Origin: Octopus vulgaris
Lineage: Eukaryota
Reading direction: 5' to 3'
DNA: 64,000 bases
Assembly (NCBI GenBank): GCA_951406725.2
Contig: OX597830.1
Coordinates: 17,794,001 to 17,858,000, forward strand
A program made the translations under genes and the position numbers. This document shows, one piece after another, positions 54,934-64,000 of the stretch (its first letter is position 1; the number at the start of each line of letters is the position of its first letter). The notes beneath the pieces are model-generated. The model saw only the letters and a program-made list of their open reading frames with translations. It made no database searches and was not told where the DNA came from.

Positions 54934-55692
54934 CGTTTATATATTTGTTGTGCAAGATTTTTTATGTGAAGTCGTGTGTTGAAACAGATATTGTTATATT
55001 TCAGAATGGTAATTTTGCCAGTTTAGCCAATAAAAACACACGCACTATATATTTGGTGTTATTTTGCTTCAGTGTTATTTATTTTTTTACATTAATCTTA
55101 ATCTTATTTCGGCCAGAGTTCTTTCGTCACACTCCTGTGACCGCATCAGTGGTCCTTTGTTTTCTTCTTTCTTATTTGTGTCTCTCCTTACTAACCGTCA
55201 GCCATTTTGTATTTCTATTGTATGTCTTCATTTGCGCATGCTTATATCTCTATGTGCGTCTATGTTTATTTAGTGTGTGTATGTGGGGGGATGCCTGTAA
55301 TATTTGTATCTTCTGTTTATATACGTTCATGTAATTTGTTTTTGTTGTTGTTGTTTTTGTTTATTCTTATTTTGTTCATGATACAAATATTACAGGCATC
55401 CCCCCACGTACACTAAATAAACATAGACGCACATAGAGATATAAGCATGCGCAAATGAAGACATACAATAGAAATACAAAATGGCTGACGGTTAGTAAGG
55501 AGAGACACAAATAAGAAAGAAGAAAACAAAGGACCACTGATGCGGTCACAGGAGTGTGACGAAAGAACTCTGGCTGAAATAAGATTAAGATTAATGTAAA
55601 AAATAAATAACACTGAAGCAAAATAACGCCAAATATATAGTGTGTGTGTTTTTATTGGCTAAACTGGCAAAATTACCATTCTGAAATATAAC
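54934..55692. mobile_element. Penelope-type inverted terminal-repeat insertion with tail and 11-bp TSD
   Basis: Arms 54993-55310 and 55380-55692 are near-identical inverted copies; unpaired tail at 54934-54992; GTCATTTATCA at 54923-54933 and 55693-55703; hammerhead-like motif in each arm. Confidence 0.8.
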
Positions 55693-56374
55693 GTCATTTA
55701 TCAAATATGAACATTTCCTTTGGTCAAATATTTATCAAATATGAACATATCTTTTGGTCATTTATCAAATATGAACATTTCTTTTGGTCAAATTCATACA
55801 TACATCAACTAAAAATATTATTTCTCAGAATTCTAAATACTTCTCATATTGACCTTCCGATCATCCATAAAGAAATTATTAGTTAGATTAGTGTATCTTG
55901 CTTTTGAAAACTCTGGAACATAATCGGAGGATCTTTATAAAAAATTTACTGAATTTAGTGCCAAAATATATGGAAGCACAAACAGACTTCATGAAGTATT
56001 TCTTTCGAAACAGTAATTCTGATTTCAGTTTCAAGTTTGAGGTCTCTTGACAAGGTCTTTATGAGTATTTCAATGGCTGGAAGTAAGGTGCCGTATGCTT
56101 TTGTCAAGATCAGTGACTCTAGTAATCATGAGAGTGAAATAGACCCGTACGTCTTTCTGTAGTTAAGCCATACTATCACAAAATTTGTGCAGCATTTTCT
56201 TACTTCAAACAGCACAGCTTGATTTCACAAAAGTCGTTCCACACACGCCTTTTTTTCTTTATTGACTGCTCATCAGCTGCCGTTTTGTTAGAGCTGCTAT
56301 GGCACGAATTGTTGGAAACGGCTTGGGTAAATTTTGTACTTAATGTTTAATTAAGAGATGGGCCTATAGTTTCT

Positions 56375-56789
56375 TATTTCTTTACTGCCCACAACGGGTT
56401 ACTCACAGAGGGGACAAACAAGGACAGACAAACGGATTAAGTCGATTATATCGACCCCAGTGCATAACTGGTACTTATTTAATCGATCCCGAAAGGATGA
56501 AAGGCAAAGTCGACCTCGGTGGAATTTGAACTCAGAACGTAGTGGCAGACGAAATACCTATTTCTTTACTACCCACAAGGGGCTAAACACAGAGAGGACA
56601 AACAAGGACAGACAAACGGATTAAGTCGATTATATCGGCCCCGGTGCGTAACTGGTACTTATTTAATCGACCCTGAAAGGATGAAAGGCAAAGTCAACCT
56701 CGGCAGAATTTGAACTGAGAACGTAGCGGCAGACGAAATATCGCTAAGCATTTCGCCCGGCGTGCTAACGTTTCTGCCAGCTCGCCGCC
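56375..56789 (-). mobile_element. Full-length SINE family B with tandemly duplicated body and 17-bp TSD
   Basis: TSD ATGGGCCTATAGTTTCT at 56358-56374 and 56792-56808. The head ggcggcgagctggcagaaacgttagc is followed by two ~183-bp body-plus-tail units. Confidence 0.9.
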
Positions 56790-56889
56790 TTATGGGCCTA
56801 TAGTTTCTATTAAGTGTTTTCATTCTTGGCTTCAGAGTTGTTTGTGCTATGTATGGCAAGCCAATTTAGTGTGCCAATCTAGTCTTCCA

Positions 56890-57345
56890 TAGTTCTTTTA
56901 AGTGCACAAACAAGTCGATTAAGTCACATTCTTGTGAAAGACTTCACAATTAGTCAGCACCTGCCCAAAAATGTTATCAAGGTATTACCTTCTAATGCGG
57001 CACAACAGTGTCTCTAAAACAATCCTAAAAAGACTATCCTGGGATAAATATAAAGAACTCCTGTTATTAAATACATACATAAACATTAATACAAAGAATA
57101 TTGGTGGAACATACCCATGAAAACTTTTGCCACGTGCAGACATAACAAGCTGGATATCTTTTTTCAGGATGGACAAGAAAAAGTATGTACCGAGTTAGAG
57201 GCTAGCAGCCCTGCTGAGGTGAATAACTTCGAAAACCAAAGAGAAAGGAGATAATTACAGCCAACTGCTTCGAAGCCTCCAGCTTCTATACCCAGCTTAT
57301 AACTTCATATTTATACCAATAACAGTTGGTGCACTTGATTTTCGG
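56890..57345 (+). mobile_element. R4/Dong-like 3' region: zinc-knuckle remnant and restriction-like endonuclease
   Basis: VSTCPKMLSRYYLLMRHN; YWWNIPMKT..CRHNKLDI...ELEASSPAEVN...DNYSQLLRSLQLLYPAYNFIFIPITVGAL. Confidence 0.78.
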
Positions 57346-57596
57346 AGTAAATTCATAAGTGACCCTCTGGAATTCTCAGAAAGAGAAATCAACTTGTTAA
57401 ACTCGTACATAACAAATATATTCTGTAAGGGAGAGAGTAAAAATATGTAAGGTTTTTCTCAAGGTCAAAATCTGAATTTATTTTGTTATCTTCATTCCAA
57501 CGACAGAGTTTGGGGCCCTTGTTAGAAACCAACTTCTCCCTTACAGAACAATTCCAAGTAATTAAAAACAGAAGAAAACATACAAAAGTACCTACC

Positions 57597-57642
<46 letters not shown>

Positions 57643-59149
57643 CGTGATCACCGTGACCGACCAGGCTATCAGATGTTGCTACACACCGCTGATCACAATG
57701 CGCTTCGCATTGTTTTAGCCTTCAAATGACGCCACCCCGCTGGCTAAGCGAGTAGGCCAACAGAAGAAAGAGTGAGAGAAAGTTGCAGCGGAAGAGTACA
57801 GCAGAGACCGCCATCCCCACCCCCCTGCCGGAGCGTCGTGGAGCTGTAGGTGTTTTCGCTCAATAAACATTCACAAAGCCCCGTCAGGGAATCGAAACTG
57901 CGATCCTACAATATATATATATATATTTGTCCTACTTGAAATCCAGATTCTCCCTGAGTTTCATTTTAGGCGAAAGGTTATAATTTTTTTCCACTTCACA
58001 TAAAGTCAATTAAAAAATTAACTCATCTTTGTTTTCCTTAACTCTATTCTACGAAATGGATTAATTTTTTAAAAATAGAAATATTATTATTTCTAAGTCT
58101 TTCTAAAGGAGATTAATATTTTTCTTTTGGTTTTCCTTAAAATAAATGTTTAACTAAAAATTTATTGTATTTAGTTCAAATTAAAATATTTTTTTTGTAT
58201 TTCGAATTTCAAAACTACTTTAATTTTTTTTTTTTTTATAAGACCTATCACATATTAATAATTAGAAAATACAATTACAAAATACTGCAGTTTTTAAACC
58301 GAAGATATTGTTGAAAAAATTACGATGGTGCACTTATTCTAAAACTTCACTTTAGAATTAGTGTAAATTACAATGATAACCAAAGAAGTTTTGAAGCTCA
58401 CTCCCTGGCACCAGTAACTGGGTACGTATCTGCTTAAAACACCCATTAAGTATTATAAGAAAATGTTGAATGTCTAAATGTATTAGTGTAATGGACACTG
58501 TATCACTGCCTGACAACGAACTACTATACATAGTCTACATGTTATCATTGATTTAAGTGACTACTGATTGTCTTAAGATAAACTTGCATACATTTTTTTG
58601 TCGCAAACGAAAAACCTTATATAAAAAATGAAACATATACTGCAATATTTTATCTAATTTTTTATTTAACCAATTTGCACTAAACAACTTTTACAAACAT
58701 AAAGATATACATTAACAACAAGGAGAAATAGACAACCAGAAAGCACCTCCTCTGAACGGCACCACTCTATCTACTTATGAGGATGCAGACATGACAGAGG
58801 CCAAAATGAATTGGAGGACTTCTTTGAAAAAATGGAAGATCTAAAGAAAACAATCAGAAAAAGTAATAAAGTGCGAAAAGGGTGCTTTGAAGAGGAAAGA
58901 CTCACCGCTGAGGAAGAACTGCAATAATGAATCTAGTACGATAATGAATCTAACATAAAAAAAGAGCTACAAATACTCGTTCAAAACATTGCTGATATGC
59001 AGAATATGTATCATGTGCAACTCATTCACTCTACTTTGCTGCAGAAAAAGGAGCGTCTATTCTACCGGAAGTTCTTGAATATGTTGGCATTTTGCATAAG
59101 CTGTGGCTTTTTTTCCTTAGATTTCCATGTAGATTCGGAATTTTTAAAA

Positions 59150-60020
59150 CAAAACATCTACATTTTCTTTGAACGGTTCAAGTGTAACTAGACGGTAATT
59201 AGAAACAGAGATACGAGTATTTTACAGACTTTCGGATATACTTTTGAAGGTTCAGAGAAGACCGAATGTAAGTCAGATGCAACAATTTATTTCAACTAAA
59301 GTGGTAAATTTAGAATATTCTCTTGCAGCAGTTGTTTGAGAAGGAGTTCTGTTGCAGTTCTACAAAGTAACTAAGAAGTTAGAAATTTAGGTTTGTGATA
59401 GCTTCAAAAATAATTTTCTGATATCGTCTTTATTTTCATTTGTTAAAATCTCCGAGAAAATTCAAATGACAGAATGGTGCATAATCAGAAGTAGAAGGCG
59501 TGTGTAAAGATATCACTTCAAATTGTTCTGATACTTCCAAACGTATTGTTAGAAAGAAATGTTTAAATGAAGCAAGCAGTAATATTTCTTTGAGAGGGAT
59601 TCAGAAATTCAGAATAGAAGTTCCAAATGAACTCTATGACTGCTATGTAATCCAATTCAGGAAGGAAATTGGCTCGTATGATCAGATTGTGAAAGGATTC
59701 AAGTTTCTCCCAAAACTGGTGATCAATTTTGAAATTGAGAAGCAATATTAAATTTATAATATCGTAGAACGATCTCATCGATTACAAATAGCCCAAACGT
59801 TATTGCCTGCGAAGGAACCCCCATAACAGTTCAAGCTTCAGGGCTCTAAAAATGTAGGCCGCTATTTCTCTTAGGTGTTCTCCCAGTGCGATATGCAGCA
59901 GTATACTGACAGTTGTTAATAGCTCATACAATTTTCATGCAGTTTCTAAGATATCGATAAATCTTAATATAAGAAATGTTGTTTTTCCTACTCTTGTCAA
60001 AATTTTAATGATTGCTTAGA
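59150..60020 (+). mobile_element. Decayed hAT-like transposase remnant
   Basis: KFRIEV.NELYD...Q......Y..I...FKFL and VFPTLVKILMIA resemble hAT transposase C-terminal and dimerization segments; many stops. Confidence 0.4.
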
Positions 60021-60605
60021 AAAACTGGAAAAATTAGTTTCTAACTGTAGTTTTAGATTGTTTTTCTACTGCATATGTAAGCGAGTGTATATGTTTGTCC
60101 GTGTATCTGTATAGTAAATAAGTATTTATATATGTAAATATTTGTACGTGTGTTTTTTATCTGTATCTATGTGTGTATGCATGCATGTATTTTTTGGATG
60201 TTTTTCTTTGAATTGTCAAAATTCAAGCCGTTTACTCACAAAGTGACATGTTTTTTTTTTCTGGTAGACTCAGAGTGCTCCAGATATTTGTGACTCAATG
60301 TATGCATTTATTTAAGTGTATGCGTGAATGTACCTGCGCACATGCTCAAGAGAAGAATTTTATAGGATGTTGATACTATCAAATGCATTTTTGATGTTGA
60401 TTTTGCTAGGTAAAGTAAAATATTTGTCATCGAACGTAGCTTACTTGTGCAATTGCTTCGCATTTAAATGTGAGCAGTTATGAAATCTTACGTCGCAGTA
60501 AATCTTTACCTCTTCGTGTAACCAATTGGAGACCTTTCATAGCATTTTTGTGGGTTTGGTATTGTCCTTTATTCAATTCAGCAGTCTGCCGGAATATCTC
60601 CTTAT

Positions 60606-60992
60606 GGTGGAAGCACTCCGTCGATTACGACGACGAGGGTTCCGGTTGATCCGAATCAACGAAACAGCCTGCTCGTGAAATTAACGTGTAAGTGGCTGAG
60701 CACTCCACAGACACGTGTACCCTTAATGTAGTTCTCGGGGATATTCAGCGTGACACAGAGAGTGACAAGGCCGGCCCTTTGAAATACAGGTACAACAGAA
60801 ACAGGAAGTAAGAGTGAGAGAAAGTTGTGGTGAAAGAATACAGCAGGGATCACCACCATCCCCTGCCGGAGCCTCGTGGAGCTTTAGGTGTTTTCGCTCA
60901 ATAAACACTCACAACGCCCGGTCTGGGAATCGAAACCGCGATCCTATGACCTCGAGTCCGCTGCCCTAACCACTGGGCCATTGCGCCCCCAC
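60606..60992 (-). mobile_element. SINE family C, full length with 10-bp TSD
   Basis: TSD ATCTCCTTAT at 60596-60605 and 60993-61002; tRNA-like head at the right end. Confidence 0.88.
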
Positions 60993-62386
60993 ATCTCCTT
61001 ATAGTGCCTCGACCGCGATATCTGACAAAGGTTTCCTTACTTAGTAATGTGTCTGTCAGAAGTATCAGAAATACGGCTTCTCGACTGGACTAAACCCGAG
61101 GTAATGTTTAATCCGGTCGCCAGTTTAAGTTTATATAAAGAAAATTCATTTTTATTTTCTTTACCTTTAAAATATCGTATAATACTTCTGCTTGTCGTTG
61201 TTGTGTTATTTAGCCCGTCGGTAACGTTTTTACATGATTAGAGAAAAAGATGGAGAAAGAAAAAGAGGGGGAGAGAAGCGTCCATGACGTGAGCTAGGGC
61301 GAACGTAACATTTATTACGTGGTTAAAAAAGGTAGTTGAAGGTAGTGATATAGAGAGATATAATTTCAGCAGAGGGGCAATGTTCTGATGGTGAGGTTAA
61401 AGAAAGGTAGAGAGGGAGAGAGGGGAGAAAGAGTGGGAGAGAGAGATGATGATGATGTGGTGGTTGTGGTAGAGGTGGTAGTTGTGGTGGAGGTGGTGAG
61501 TGCATAGTGAAAAGTGTATTTTTTATATTACCTATCACTTAACGCATGCGCATACGTGCAATTCCATGAAATATTCACGCTTATTTACGCGGCAGATATA
61601 TGCAATTTAACCAGAGGTTGTATCATATGTACGGGATATTTTTTGTTTGTTTGTTTATGGGGGGAAATGGAAAAATACGAGTGAAAATTTATTTTATTAG
61701 TACTGTGTATTAAGTCTATAAAATTGTCCTTAAAATATATAAATTGTGTATATAAAGTATGTTAAGTCACCATCGTATTCCAATTTCTTTCACTTTTCAA
61801 TAAATACCAGATGAGCGACTATCTTTTCATACAGACACAACACAGGCTACGCTTTCAGGTTTTTTTTCTGAAGATAACGTTTTCAGAAATAACCCAATAG
61901 GTTTATCATTAATTCCGTAAAATATTCAGGGGCCCCCGCTAGTAAAGTGTAATATTCTGCATAATATATTCACACTGTTTTCCATTAGCTAAATCAGTAT
62001 CAACTAACGAAAAAGAAATTGATGAATCCAAACACGAAATGAAGTGACACATTTCCCCTTCACTTTGTCTATATATACCGATTCAAGTAAAAGGTTTTTT
62101 CCGCTTTTTAAAAATTTATGCATGTATTCGTCCGAATGGATCCTAGTGAATATGAACGATAATGAAAGGTTTGAGAACTGAAACATTGCAAGTTCTCGAC
62201 TTAGCGTTAAACATCTCAAGAAATTTATGCATTCATTTTGGATAATTTCTATTTCCGTTCTCACCCCCAAGACTTTATTTAATAGGGCTGTATAGTTACT
62301 CTGTGGATGAGTTGAACCCACTGCACACGAATATTTTCTTTTCTTCGTTGTTAATAAAGTTGTGATGTAAATTATTATTTTTATTA

Positions 62387-62436
<50 letters not shown>

Positions 62437-62510
62437 CATTATTATTATTATTATTATTATCATTATTATTATTATTATTATTATTATCATTATTATTATT
62501 ATTATTATTA

Positions 62511-62592
<82 letters not shown>

Positions 62593-62595
62593 TAC

Positions 62596-62672
<77 letters not shown>

Positions 62673-63893
62673 GTTTTATTTCACATGGGGCATATCACAG
62701 TTATCAAAGAGGCGTACGAGTAGAGGAAGGTAACTTATTTGTATCTTGCCAAGATCACGTAAACTTTGAATCTCCTTTATTGGAAAAGAAAGGGCATACA
62801 GCACCATAGGTACCATCTTTTAAACTCAGCACTAAAGTACAACTAAGGAGGAAAAGTGCAAGCCCATTTTATCCCAAAACATATGGGTAGAAAAAATACA
62901 AGGGTTACAGTCACGGACATTTGTGACGGCCTGGACTTCTGGTTTGTCAATTTCATAGCACAATAAGGCAGGTAGTCAGTACCGAAGTAACTTACAGAGA
63001 TATGAGTTCATACAAATCTTCATGACACAACAAAACCATAAAATAATACTAATACTGTACCCTGTAGCAAAAATAAACCATCCAGATTTCGGTCCTGAGG
63101 TGACACTAGACAGAATCCTGAAGTCGGCAAAGGATTGCGCTATTTTCAATATTGCAAACGAATCTTGAAATTCCAAAACCCTTTTCTCCAGGCTTCAACT
63201 GGCGGACACAATGAGAGACACACACAGCAGCAACAACAATAACAACAAGGAGAAATAGACAACCAGAAAGCACCTCCTCTGAACGGCACCACTCTATCTA
63301 CTTATGAAAATGCAGACATGGGAGAGGCCGAAATGAATAGGAGGACTTTTTTGAAAAAACGGAAGATCTAAAGAAAACAACCAGAAAAAGTAATAAAGTG
63401 CGAAAAGGGTGCTTTGAAGAGGAATGACTCACCGCTGAGGAAGAACTCATTTCTTATGAAGGGGCGGTCATATCTTGTGAGTAAAAGCCAGCTTCCTTCC
63501 TCGTATAAGACACAGCGAAATGAAATCCATAGTCCTTCGCATGACTGACATAGATCTAATAAGACACTTATATGAAATACACAAGAAAGTTCCGCACACA
63601 CTGTAGATATGAAAATAAATGAGATCACATTTAAACAGCTTAATAACAGAATATTAGTACAATTTTCGGCCAGACATTATGGAGGCATATATGTCAACGA
63701 CCGACAAGACTCGGGCAGAGCTTCTCATGGAAGATTCTGGAATCTCCATCAATGAACAATACATGGAGGAAGTAAAGAGGTTACTGAATCAAATGGACTC
63801 ATCTACAACAATGCGAAGAAGCGCATTGTCACTAACGGGGTCTAACAACATCCGATAGAGTGATATACTTCATTTGCCAATATACATCGTTAT

Positions 63894-64000
63894 ACGAGGG
63901 GGACGGGGTGAAAAGTTCCTTAATTTGGGTAAAAGAAAATACAGGAAGATCAGTTAATTATGATTTTATTCAACTTATACAGCTTTCAGATTCAAACTTA
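63894..64000. mobile_element. Possible mariner-type terminus at the window edge
   Basis: TA-CGAGGG...TGAAAAGTTC followed by gattttattcaac; the other end is not in the window. Confidence 0.4.

Larger units (their letters stand above)
54190..56880 (-). mobile_element. Decayed R4/Dong-like (RLE) non-LTR retrotransposon, RT region
   Basis: Minus-strand fragments in order: NYRPI (split by the SINE), VWLNYRKTYGSI, NFFMDDRK (catalytic motif), YLA...NKE...KEY...SSYNKT, KEGGR. Interrupted by the SINE at 56375-56789 and the inverted-repeat insert at 54934-55692. Confidence 0.75.
58714..63447 (+). repeat. ~205-bp direct repeat pair (58714-58920 and 63241-63447)
   Basis: aacaacaaggagaaatagacaacc...gctgaggaagaact occurs twice with scattered substitutions; origin unknown. 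Confidence 0.85.

Noticed and set aside
55693-55792. Three ~30-34-bp direct repeats resembling a CRISPR array
   Set aside because: There are no unique spacers and the context is eukaryotic; this is a local tandem duplication in the decayed RT next to an insertion site.

Overview
Eukaryotic, microsatellite- and SINE-rich DNA, almost certainly from an Octopus genome. The only host gene I can support is the tachykinin-related peptide (TKRP) precursor on the + strand. An internal exon at 12317-12884 encodes six amidated peptides. A terminal exon at 43845-43924, absent from the ORF track and in frame across a ~31 kb intron, encodes the seventh. I did not find the signal-peptide exon. The rest is intronic or intergenic: three tRNA-type SINE families, decayed LINEs (Tx1-like, CR1-like, R4/Dong-like, RTE-like), Penelope-like remnants with hammerhead-ribozyme motifs, DNA transposon remnants and MITEs (mariner, hAT, piggyBac-type, Merlin-like), and long simple repeats that account for nearly all ORFs in the track. 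The most interesting non-genic signals are: (1) a Tx1-like LINE whose three copies all lie inside (TATC)n tracts and whose 3' tail is shared with an abundant SINE; (2) minimal hammerhead ribozymes in Penelope-type repeats; (3) an 8-bp-TSD MITE carrying telomeric TTAGGG repeats; (4) an R4/Dong-like element with twin-priming-type inversion geometry. All family assignments come from reading motifs by eye, not from database searches, and boundaries of degenerate repeats are approximate.
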